Source: Parasitella parasitica NRRL 2501 (lineage: Eukaryota; Fungi; Mucoromycota). Taken from it: a stretch of 64,000 nucleotides of DNA. The notes beneath the pieces are model-generated. The model saw nothing but the letters and a program-made list of their open reading frames with translations, did no database searches and was not told where the DNA came from. Numbering within the stretch: the stretch's first letter is position 1; the number at the start of each line of letters is the position of its first letter. Location of the stretch: contig MU619256.1 of the NCBI GenBank assembly GCA_025201805.1, positions 118,343-182,342 on the forward strand, in the 5' to 3' direction. Below are positions 53,425-64,000 of this stretch, piece after piece. Both the position numbers and the translations under genes were made by a program.

Positions 53425-54489
53425 TTAAAGAGCAGAGGCACCAGTGATAATATCAATCAATTCATTGGTGATGACAGCTTGACGACCACGGTTAAAGGTC
53501 ATGGTCAATTTCTGAATCATTTCACCGGCATTCTTGGTGGCGTTCTCCATAGCAGCACGCTTGGCACACATCTCAGCGGCGTGGCCTTCAACCATAGCCC
53601 AGTAGAGACTATTAGCAAAAGTGAATTCTTGGAGATTAGCAAGAACATCGTCTTCAATCTCGTAAACAGCAAAGTTGGGAGAAGCTTTAAATGTAGCTTC
53701 AGAGTAAATGGGGAGAGTGTCAGCTTCATAAGATACGACAGAGATGAACTTGTTGTAAACAATGTTGGCAGTGTCAAATTCGAGCTCGGAAGACTTGATA
53801 ATGTCGACGATGGAAGCAGCCTCTTCAAAAGTGGGAACATCCTTACCGATTTGATTGAACGTAACAGCAAGTTGCTTACGGACAGCACGGCTCAATTGAG
53901 CTTTGGGCTTATCACCGAGGACGACAATATCAGAAGTAGGGTGTTCGGCGACAGCTCGACGGGTTGCCTTGGAAACACTGGAATGAATACCACCACAGAG
54001 ACCACGATCAGATGAAGAAGCAACAAAAAGAATCTTGCCATCATCAGCAGCCTTGGTTTCGGCATTATCAAATAGAGCTATGTTCAAGAAAATCAGTAAG
54101 TAAAAGCAAATAAATTAATGCCGAATTATTGAATGATATATACACTTGGAAGCTTGACCAAAAATGCGAGCAGCGTCCATGCCACGTTGGGCTTTGCTGA
54201 CCTTGGTAGAAGCAATCATCTTCATGGACTTGGTAATTTTTTCAATGTTTTGTACAGACTTCAAACGCTGTTGAACTGATTACGGCATTAATGACATGTC
54301 ACATTCTATCCACAGTATACAAATGATCTTACTTTCTTTCAGGGTTGCCATGTTACGAACTTGAGCACTAACATATTAAATGTTGATACGGCTTGTTTGT
54401 CAATATGCTGATTTTTTTTCTCTCTGTTTTTCTTACCTCATAGGTGCCTTGCAGGTACGAACAGCATTACGAGATACAGCGTTCAACAT
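53425..54489 (-). CDS. ATP3: Mitochondrial ATP synthase F1 gamma subunit, 4 exons
   Basis: ATLKE|IQQRLKSVQNIEKITKSMKMIAS, SSDRGLCGGIH, RAAMENATKNAGEMI, NRGRQAVITNELIDIITGASAL. Confidence 0.96.
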
Positions 54490-54817
54490 GATTATAGAAT
54501 TGTCAAAAAAGAGGAAGAAAGGGGTGGATATTAGTTTGTAGTATTGTTTTTTTCCCTCGCCAAACGAAAAAAAAAAAAAAAAAAAAAATGTTTTGACGGG
54601 GTTCCCGTCTCTGTGAATGGAAGCAAGAGGAGCTCGCCCAGCAGGATAGGCCCCATCCACTCCGAAATGGATCAAGACTTGCCCTGACCGTATGTAGAGC
54701 CTAGGGTTGACCGTGGTTCCGTTGATGTCATTCCAATACCATTAAAACTCCATTCCTTCAACAGATTCATGCTACACAGTTGTTATTGTTGCATTTTCTA
54801 CAGTTTAAAAACCATAA
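54490..54817. promoter_or_regulatory. Short bidirectional promoter region between ATP3 and COX20
   Basis: Head-to-head ATGs 328 bp apart; contains an A22 tract and a GC-rich block. Confidence 0.6.
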
Positions 54818-55357
54818 ATGTCCACTTCATCATCATCAGACCAAGAATCACCTAAATTTGTTGATGCATTAAAGGTGAAAAACAAAGATCATTTTGTATA
54901 GCGTATAGCGAGTTTGTTTTATTCATGCCCCCTGTATATCAGACTGTCAAACTCGAAGACTTTAAAGATGTCAACCGAATCCCCTGTGCCCGTAATGCCT
55001 TGCTGTACGGTATAGGTTAGTATATTTTAACACAATAGCATAAACGCATGTGCTGAATGTGGGTGAATAGTTGCTGGTGTTACTGTTGGAGCTGTTCGCT
55101 TCGCTACTAAGCGCTTGATTCCAACATCTGCAAACTGGGCTGTGGGTACATTCTGTGGCGTATCCATTGCCTCTTTCGAAGGATGTCAAAAAGAAAGAAA
55201 ACAAAAGATTGAAAAGATGAGGTTGATTGTCAAAGCAACAGATTCAAAGCCTAGGCCCGATGAAAAGATGATTGTTACTGAAAGAGGTAAAAACGGTGCT
55301 TTCAATGTCGTTATTGAGACCCCTCCTATTATACCAGAGGGTCAAGATAAAAACTAA
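54818..55357 (+). CDS. COX20: Cytochrome c oxidase assembly protein Cox20, 3 exons
   Basis: Spliced: FVDALK|TVKLEDFKDVNRIPCARNALLYGI|VAGVTVGAVRF...SANWAVGTFCGVSIASFEGCQKER. Confidence 0.85.
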
Positions 55358-55600
55358 AATTTGGTGTAAATAATAATGTTGATAATAAATAAAAAAGTGT
55401 AGTCTCGATGGATAAATGAGTTAAAAGAACCAAATTGAGAATGCTTGCATGTTGCTGTAGTATAATAGGATGCAATATCTTTTCAGGTGAGTGTGCACAA
55501 GAACAGGATTTTGTTTATTTAATTATGGTATGCTAAAAAGAAAGAAGGAAAAAGGCAAAGGATGCTGTGTGTGTATTGGATTATAGGCGTATGAGCACGA

Positions 55601-56818
55601 TTAATCAACTTTAGCTTTTTGGTTTATGCCCAGGTAAAGGAGTGGGGTCTTCATCTCATCTTGAGCCTTTTCTTTGATCGCATCAGCATAAGCTTTAATT
55701 TGAGAATTCATGTTTTCTAAGAGGGGCAATACTTGCTGCTGAAGTTGCATGGCGACGCCTTTGACTTTGGCAGTGTAGCTGATGTCAGTGCGGGCTAATT
55801 CAGTTTTGATGTAGGTCAATTGGTGTTTGACTTTATCAATTGCCGTTGCTAATTGTTGCTTTAGCCAGGCTGGGACTTGAGGAGACTTGACGTAGTGGAC
55901 TAAATCAACTATTTGACTTTGAACGGACTGAGTGACCTGGGTGAACAAAGCGTGTACTTGATCGGCGCAAAAAGTAATAGAAGCAGGTAGACGTTTCTGA
56001 GCAGCTTCAGAATAAACTTTGACAGATTGAGTCATTGTATCTTGAATAAACTTGAGGTTATTCTGCAATTTTTGAATCGTTGCAAGTTGAGATAGGTCTT
56101 GACGAGACTTGGGGATCCCGGATGTAGACCGACTGACCTGATCAGATACTTTTACTGTTAAACGACGGGAAGCTTCGTTCAATACACCGTATACTCTTTT
56201 CACTTGGTTGCCATTTTCTTTGTCTGTGTGTTGGGTGGCATTGCCATTCATTGTGCTGGTGCCATGTCCATTAGAAGATGAGGGTGTTGGTGGCAAATAC
56301 TTGTCCACGACACCTTCGATATTATCTACTGCAGTGCTGAGTGTCTTGTTTGCGTTTCGTACAACAACATGTGCAGGATGTGTGACAGTTTGGATGGTAT
56401 TGTCGATTTTAACTCTAACGCCATCAATGATCTGATAAGATGGCTGAGTTAATGTTTTGATAATTTCAGAACTAGGTTGGTTGATGATGGGCACTTTAGA
56501 CTGCAATGTATCGAGTGAACGACATCCAAATGCATCTGCCTTCTCGATCTGAGGCTGTAAGTAGGTTTCATAATAGGACTGAAGGTATTTTGGCTGGTTC
56601 TTGGCAGCATATTGAGCCACTGTGGAAAATGTAGAGTTTGCAGTTGACAGGGCAAATCTACCGATTGAGGTTTTGTTGGCTATCTCTTGTGCTGTTACAA
56701 CAGTGTCTTTTACCAGTGGGATGGAGGCGACACGGTCAACAAAGTCTTGACCTCCTTTTTTGATTAAATTGCTATTGACGTCTTCAGATGAATTAACGTA
56801 ACCATCTTGGCCTAACAT
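55601..56818 (-). CDS. Perilipin-like lipid-droplet protein
   Basis: N-terminal PAT-like FVDRVASIPLVKDTV...ADAFGCRSLDTLQSKVPII, followed by amphipathic helical repeats; intronless. Confidence 0.7.
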   Translation of the reverse strand: MLGQDGYVNSSEDVNSNLIKKGGQDFVDRVASIPLVKDTVVTAQEIANKTSIGRFALSTANSTFSTVAQYAAKNQPKYLQSYYETYLQPQIEKADAFGCRSLDTLQSKVPIINQPSSEIIKTLTQPSYQIIDGVRVKIDNTIQTVTHPAHVVVRNANKTLSTAVDNIEGVVDKYLPPTPSSSNGHGTSTMNGNATQHTDKENGNQVKRVYGVLNEASRRLTVKVSDQVSRSTSGIPKSRQDLSQLATIQKLQNNLKFIQDTMTQSVKVYSEAAQKRLPASITFCADQVHALFTQVTQSVQSQIVDLVHYVKSPQVPAWLKQQLATAIDKVKHQLTYIKTELARTDISYTAKVKGVAMQLQQQVLPLLENMNSQIKAYADAIKEKAQDEMKTPLLYLGINQKAKVD

Positions 56819-57036
56819 GTTAATGCTGTTAATAGTGTTACTTGGATGTAAACGAGAAAGAAGAGAAGAGAAAAAGGTTGAAATTGATTTACATAAAAAC
56901 ACGTTTCTATCAATTTATCTCTCTCCATTACTTGCCATTTTCTGTGAGTTGATGTCGTAAGATTCTGCCCATATTAAACCCAAGTTTGTATCAGAAGGAA
57001 GAGAAGAAAGAGAAGAAAGAGGAAAAAGAGAAATAC

Positions 57037-57081
57037 AGAGTCAAAGAGTCAAGGGTCAAGAGTTAAGAGTCAAGAGTTAAG
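57037..57081. repeat. Tandem ~7-bp repeat, six GAGTCA-like units
   Basis: GAGTCA, GAGTCA, GGGTCA, GAGTTA, GAGTCA, GAGTTA spaced 7-8 bp apart. Confidence 0.85.
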
Positions 57082-58331
57082 AAGTGGATAGCGTGAGAAT
57101 GAAGCAGTACGTTCCGTCATAGCATGAAAAGACAATTTGAATGAAAGCGATGAGGGGGCGTAAACTTGTTTGTTGCAATGATTGATATGTATGATCTATT
57201 GGGGTTTTAAGTTTTAAATCAGTTATATTTAGACAAACAAGCCATGTGAAAAATATTTCCAAGCTGTTTTGTCCAGGTTTATCGATGGACATTTGTTAAG
57301 AAGCTGGTTCATTACCTGCAGCTCGTGAATACCATGATTTTCACATGAAGCTGGCCAGTGCTTGTATATGAAACTCTAATTTTCTTGTTTACTTGAGTTT
57401 GGTGTAAAGATAAGCCTTTTTTTTTTCTCTTTTTATGAAAATAACGTAGACAGATAAGGTGCATGTGTCATGTCTAACAAAAGATTTGAGAAGCACAAAA
57501 TGACCCTATAACACGTCTTATTATGATTTGCTTTATGATAGACGATCAAGCAGTAGTTCTTTACATCACCGTACACATCTCTTATCCATGCTTCCGCTGC
57601 ATAACAATATCTACATATGGATATTCCATTATGGAGCGCATCGTTGATAAACCTCCAGGTTATCTAGCAATTTTATCTACTTCTAGACCTTTCATTTCGA
57701 TTTATAGTGCGTTATCAAAGTTGTGCAATCAGCGCTCCTTGCGACTCCTCCCGGTCAAACGTACCACAATGGGTTAATATGGAACTCTTTTTCTTTTAAT
57801 TCTCACACATCAATCACAAAAAGCTTAATAGTTTATAGTGTATGGGCCAAAATCAGGATAGGAAAAAGTACGGCAAACAACTGTATATGGAAAAACCTTT
57901 AAACATGTTTTCATTTCCCAAGGAAAATGGGCCGAAAATTCATTTCCAATTCATTCTTTTTTGGAGAAAGACATACAGAATGACGTTATAAATTATTTGT
58001 TAGTTGTACTGATCATAAGAATCAAGATAAAACGTGTACCATATTGCCGTTTATTTAGTCATCAACAAAGGCCAAAACAGACATGTGTTCTTCATAATTG
58101 ATCATGCAGACTTCTGTAACTTGGCGGTATTATTTCTTATTGCACACTGCCGATAAAGCTTTAATGAATAATAATTTATTTATGCAAAAATCCAACGTGT
58201 GAGGCACCTTTCAAGTATTAAAATCCGTATAATTGACGAATTTGTTGTCAAAAAATTGATCGTTACGCTTAACAATGACAGGCCAGGTTACAATATAATG
58301 CATTTAAAGCAATGATGCCAAGATCACAGAG

Positions 58332-58335
<4 letters not shown>

Positions 58336-58396
<61 letters not shown>
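58336..58396 (+). repeat. Intergenic poly-A homopolymer (~61 nt)
   Basis: Direct read. Confidence 0.95.
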
Positions 58397-58399
<3 letters not shown>

Positions 58400-59092
58400 A
58401 TAATACCTTATCGCAGTTGCTATGAAAAGAAAATTTAGTCTTTGTTTGATTTTGATTTTGATTTTGCAATATATGCTCTTGTAAGGATTTTTGTATTTTG
58501 AGGCCTTGGTTTCCTTGCCAAGCGGACGGTCATCAATTTTGAAACCTATAGGCTGTTGGTGTTGACAATTTGATATAGTACCGATGCAATATCTAGTGTT
58601 TGTTACCAATTCATTATATGCTTTCATGGAGAATATAGGTGCTTAATCAAAAAGATGAAAGAGCCAAAAAAATTCACTACAGCACAAATCTAAAGGGAAA
58701 TGTGTTGCAGCCTGCTATCTTTTATATTTTAACCGTATCATTATAGCCTGTTTTATTAAAGCAATATATGATAATATGAATGTCTAGCAGCAGTATTGTA
58801 CTGCTTGCTATAGTCAGTTGGTCATTCCAACTTATCTATTAGATAATGGCCTAACGTTCATTAGTTTTAGATTCACTTGTTAGATCATCGTGTAACTTTG
58901 AATGGATGGCAATTATGCAACCTTAAAAAATTGGTAATCCATAGACATGCTTTTACAAGGCAAATTATTTACTTTTAAAATACAATATCGAGAAAAAAAA
59001 TGGATACATAACAAAAAAAAAAAAAGAGGTGCTAGACGTTGTTCTATCTAGAAACATAGTATGGACACTAATGATTTAATAAGACGGCGTGT

Positions 59093-59501
59093 TTAGCACG
59101 AACAGGTTTTTGTGCATTCACATCCTACGCCAGAGCCACGACCTGTAAATAAACATATAAATGCCCGCATTCACAGACTCACACACACTGTTACATTATT
59201 AGTACTTACAGCTACAAGCAGAATGGTGGGAAAAGAAAATGCGAGAACTGTCACCATAAACTGGTGATCCCGAAGTCTGAGCATCTTCCCTAGGGGATGT
59301 TCGAATCATAAAGCCACCAGGAGTATAGTAGGTAGGCGAGATGCCGGATTCAGTGAAGTTTAAACTATTTCGACGGATCGGTTGACCATGGCTATCGGTA
59401 ACAGTGGAGCTCAGCGTAGTGTGTCCATTAGGTGTGGTGGTTGCAAGGATGCGTGTAGTTTTGGTAGTGGGGATATCTACAGCAGAAGTTTGATTGTTCA
59501 T
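59093..59501 (-). CDS. 113-aa low-complexity protein with metallothionein-like C-terminus, 2 exons (59501-59210, 59142-59093)
   Basis: GTAAGT...TTTACAG 67-nt intron gives ...HHSACS|CRGSGVGCECTKTCSC*; ATG in A-rich context. Confidence 0.7.
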
Positions 59502-60817
59502 TTGTTCAAAAGAAAAAGTAAAAGAAAGATGTTAAATGATTTTCATGCATTTCTCAAACCTTATAAATGTGTTTCCGCTGATCTGATATCATAAACCGAA
59601 CGAATTAGAAACATGATAGGTTTCATAACAGTCCGAGCAGTATATGGATCCAGCACTTTTGTTCAACTGTTGGGCCTAGTTGAACTATATAGTAAATTCG
59701 TGTGCGATTAGCATAATCTCCAAGCATTTTCGGTGACATCGCCGAGATGTTTATCATCTACTATGGCAACTCCATCTTTTCCAATTTCAAAAGATCCTCG
59801 CTCACTATTTCACATTTCAAATGATATGACTTTAACTCCCAGTTTCACTTAATACATCTACAAATCCTCGTTTTTTTTCACCAAGAGCCATTTTAATTTT
59901 GTCTACTGTTGAATGCTTTGTATACAAAGCGCCATTCTTTTATGCAGAAGGCCAGATTCAAGTAATCATTTATAATCGATGTGTCTTTATAAAAAAAGTG
60001 ATTCTGATACTAGCTTTCGCAAATTCATCTAAAGACTATTTATTTAATCGGGTCATGTTGGATGCTGGATATCAGCTCTCAAGAATCAATTCAAATTTCG
60101 ACCAAGTGTATCAATGAAATATGGGGCTGTTGAAGAAATTAAAATGATAAGCCTAGTAAACGAAATTATTTAATATCATTTGAATCAGCATTTGTTACGT
60201 CGTCTTTCCAAATAGAATTATCCTTTTCAAATCATGGAGTGAACTAGGTTCTATTAGCCAGATTTTGCAGCTAAACCCTCCATTTCAATGTCGACAACTA
60301 TGTCTGTCGGCAATATAAGTCCTTAGCACGCTTGTGTTTAAAATGTTACCTTATAGTTTGGGCCTTTAGTCTTGGTATCGAGTGAATCTATCATTATACA
60401 GTTTTTTGATATCCAAGACCATCATCTTCGTATTGCCTTCGTAGACTTTGGTAGCCTTATCAATGTTCCTACCAAGTCATTGATCATACCTTCCCAAGAT
60501 ATCATCTTTTGCTCATTAAACTCTGATTGTCCTAAACAACACAATGAGGGTTCAGCCCCACGAATTTATTGATAGTTCACTTATTTGTAACTGTGTTATA
60601 GAGCAGAATAAAGTTCCAAAATATAGCGAATCGCTTCGAATCGCTTCTAGGTTTCATTTAAAGTTTTTAAGCGTCACTGGTGAATTGAAGTAGAGGGGTG
60701 AGAGGATACCTTTTTTTTTGAATATCGGTCAAGTAAAGCTAAAAAAGAAAGCGTCTTCTCATGAAGTTCTCTTTCACCTATTTCTTTTCAACATCTAAAC
60801 TTAAGAAAACTGTAAAA

Positions 60818-61490
60818 ATGGAATCCGTCAAAAATCCCTCTAGAAGCAGCTCCATTTCTGAAGAAGAATTGAATAGTCTCAAAGAAGGTGAGTTGTTTTG
60901 CATCTTGTAAACAGAGCAAAAATTGACAATATAAAACAAAAGCCTTTTCATTGTACGACACCAACAACAATGGCGCTATTGACCTCGGGCAGTTTGCAAA
61001 AATCATCAAAAGTTTGAATATCGAGACGGATGATGACAAGATTGCAGTTTTTTTGGGCAAAGTAGATAAAAATCATGACGGTGGAATTGATTTTGACGAA
61101 TTCGTTGGGGCCATGACACAGTTGTTGACTCAAAATGATGTATTCTGCGAACCTGAAACTCTTAGAAGATACAAGACATACCCAGAGCCCAAAGTCGAAG
61201 GATCAAGAAAGATGAAATTTGCCAAAGATGGCAGTAAATCACATTATTCTCGCAGGATGAGTGTCCACGAAACAGACGAGTTGAAGCTTTGCTTTGCAAA
61301 GTTTGACAAGAATGGCGACGGGCAAATCTCTCAAGAGGAGCTCAAGGAAGCCATGGGCGGATTAGGAGAAAATTTGACAGATGCAGAAATCAAGGACATG
61401 ATGCACGATGCAGATGCAAATCGCGATGGTTTTATTGATTTTGAAGAGTTCAAGGCGTTGATGCCCCACAATAAAAAAGAACTAGAATAG
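60818..61490 (+). CDS. Calmodulin-like 4-EF-hand protein with extended central linker, 2 exons
   Basis: SEEELNSLKE|AFSLYD; EF loops DTNNNGAIDLGQ, DKNHDGGIDFDE, DKNGDGQISQEE, DANRDGFIDFEE. Confidence 0.88.
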
Positions 61491-61666
61491 TGTGTTACAT
61501 TTAATAAAGTAGACATCGTTTTTATGTGAGACAAATATGTGCTTTATAGGTATACATGTAACCTTTTTTGTGGTAGCATGGAAGTAAATATATAATTTTT
61601 TTTTGTGCATCTGATATCAAACTCTTCCTTTCTTCTCTGTCTCTATTTCTTTGAATACACTGCAAA

Positions 61667-63302
61667 ATGAAGATGAGACCGCTGCTATGCTTTCTAGTTA
61701 CGTTATTTGGTTGCTTAGTAACAGGCTTTGCTAGTTGGCTGGAAACAAACAATCTTTTCTATACATCCTCTATGTCGGTCAATCAACATTTCTCATTATT
61801 CAAAGTATCGCTTACTGGCAAAGACAATGCTGCGAGTGTTATCACATTTGGATTGTGGAGATATTGTATCTCTAGCAGAATTGGGTTTTCATGCTCTCCA
61901 GTGCGGATGGATTTTGACATTGGTTGGTTCACTATAAACACTGATCATTGATTTTGATGTTGCATGGCTGATGGCTGATGGTTTTTGTTTGTTAGACGCA
62001 TTGGCAGCTATCAACAATGTAAATCGACTTGATAGTAGTTATAAGCACACAGAATTGCCACATCTACTACCCGTATCCTACGTACGTCTGATTCCCTTGT
62101 TAATAGCATCATCACTGGCGGTGGCAGCCCTTGGACTCACAGTAGTTTTAATACCTGGGAATTTTAACAGGACATTGCAGAGAAGATTCTTGTTCTGGTT
62201 TACAAGTTTATTATGCTTTCTTTGTGCTGTGCTGATATCAATTGCATTTGGCATAACTTATGACACATATACTACCAGCATAAGGAAAGCATGCTCCTCT
62301 GTAGATCTTGAATACGTCTGCTCAAATTACACACTAAACACAGAAGTTATATTGCTTGCAATCTCTATTGGTATTTTCATCATCAGCGCCATGTATAGCG
62401 TCGTGTGTTCAGCTGGCGAAATAGACAATATTTTTCAACAGAACCATACGAGCAGTTCATATTCTGTTTATGCTGACGATGATGACAGCCCTGACGAAAC
62501 TCCATCGATCGATGCTGAAAAGAGGGATATGCCATATACTAATTCGCAGCCACAACGAGCCTCTCTACGACCACCACCCCCACCAACAACAAACCAAGAA
62601 AAAGGCAGGAGTCGATTATCTCATTCAATCGTCCGAAATAGATCATCATTATTACCAGCCCAGCTATTAGATACTGGCTTGGATTCCGGTAGGATGGCAC
62701 CTTATTTGGAATCATCATCACAACAGTATCCAACAACGGGTACATCCGATATTGTATATGCCCCATTTGCTCGTACAATTCCAGACGAAGTTGTGTTGCG
62801 CCCACCGACGTTACCATTTGCTAGCCGAGCCAACAATCAAAGCAAAAATAGACCATCAAGTTATGGGTCCAATAATACATTTGGTGCTATAGATGGAAAT
62901 AGTAATCCTAGTAGCCCTGTGTTAGATGACGGGTCGTCTCAAATCTCTTCATATATGGATTACCATCAAAGAACTCATTCTGGATCAAGTATTTCTAACC
63001 ATCCGAACGGCAATGTATTTTACGCAGCAAGCTCTGGAATCCCTTCAAATCATACGCTAGGAGGGTCACTTCAGTTGAATAGCCACACGAAAAAGCCCAG
63101 CTCTCATCACTACACTTCCTCAGAGGAAGAAGACACCGACAGACGGCAATTTGGCACTAGTAGCAGTTGTAGCGGCAGTAGCCTTTGCTCAGGTGGGCAT
63201 CCGGGTAGCAATTGTACTGCTACTTTATCTAAAAAGCTTCCAGATGACACACTTTTCCAGCGTATTGATGATTACCTTCATGAAGCGCAAGAAAGAAAAT
63301 AA
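61667..63302 (+). CDS. SUR7/PalI(Rim9)-like tetraspan membrane protein with long Ser/Pro-rich cytoplasmic tail, 2 exons
   Basis: N-terminal TM/signal, claudin-like FGLWRYC...C loop, three further TMs; intron ~61923-61995 joins DI|DALAA. Confidence 0.7.
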
Positions 63303-64000
63303 TAATCGGGTTATAATACGACAAAAAGCCTCTAATTGTGTAAATTCTTCTTTGACAAGTGCTTTAATTAATTTTGTACTACATTCATCTGCACCTTGTA
63401 TGAAAGCACACCTGTACATATTCAACTTTTAAATTTATGACATTTATTTTTCTAATTCTAACTTTTTTTTTTCATGAATCTTTTATTGATTACATATAAG
63501 TCACGCGTCAAAATGAGTAGCGTACTTAGATTAAACTGTTAAAATAAAAATATTGTGAAGAGTTGGAAAACAAAGAAACTCATAGAGAGACTGACTGGTA
63601 AGGAAAATCATAATCTCTTATATTAAAATGATAGACGAGCTGTGTACCCCCCAATAAGAACGAAGGTCGGAAAATATCACCGTAGTTCGGGGGGTGTATA
63701 AAAGCTCCGACATTCAATTTTTGTCGAAAAGTCTAGATGTACAGACATATCAATTCCATCTGCAGCAGTTACGTCACCCATAAAAATTTCTCAAGGATAA
63801 GAAAATATGTACACTTTTTCTTTTTTACATTTTGAATCATACTTAACATCAAGAGCTATGACCAACGCCAGTAATACTGTCGAAAAAGACCTTCTAATTT
63901 GCGGATAGTGCAGGGTATTCATGAACGCGGGGGATTGTTTACTCTTGAGTGTGGGCTCCTATATTTTGCTTTAGAAAGGAAAGGCTGGCTTGGTTGGTGT

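Noticed and set aside
53416-54015. 199-aa antisense ORF opposite ATP3
   Set aside because: Codon-bias shadow ORF coinciding with the ATP3 last exon.
54610-54670. HDV-like ribozyme (AGC-TCCTCTT-GCT resembling P3/L3 with a P1-like helix)
   Set aside because: No GG for P1.1, no P2 partner strand and no J4/2 catalytic C motif.
58336-58396. Poly-A as a retroposon tail
   Set aside because: No target-site duplication or upstream element body; long homopolymers are common across this window.

Overview
Eukaryotic, intron-rich (mostly 50-90 nt GT-AG introns), AT-rich fungal DNA. Gene content, intron style and homopolymer tracts suggest a Mucorales fungus (inference). About 25 protein-coding genes were rebuilt by joining ORF fragments across introns: eIF3L (3' part), NCA2, a small secreted protein, a four-domain Cch1/NALCN-type Ca2+ channel (EEEE filter), an unknown 163-aa protein, queuosine salvage protein, a histone-fold protein, NIPSNAP, a Cti6-like PHD protein, ERG8, a RhoGEF, an NAD-dependent epimerase, a class IV chitin synthase, a PMA1 H+-ATPase, endonuclease V, a CsbD/LEA-like protein, NFS1, a Gli/Zic-like C2H2 factor, ATP3, COX20, a perilipin-like protein, a small Cys-tailed protein, a calmodulin-like protein and a SUR7/PalI-like protein. 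Most of the window is housekeeping. The most notable unannotated items are: (1) a box C/D snoRNA in an oversized NFS1 intron, whose guide is complementary to U6 snRNA rather than rRNA; (2) a GC-rich, multi-stem candidate ncRNA in the ATP3-COX20 bidirectional promoter; (3) a 113-aa two-exon protein with a metallothionein-like CxC-CxC-CxC tail that appears only after splicing; (4) an array of TGACTC-like sites upstream of the perilipin-like gene; (5) an orphan gene head-to-head with CCH1. There are two assembly gaps. All identities come from motif recognition, not database searches.
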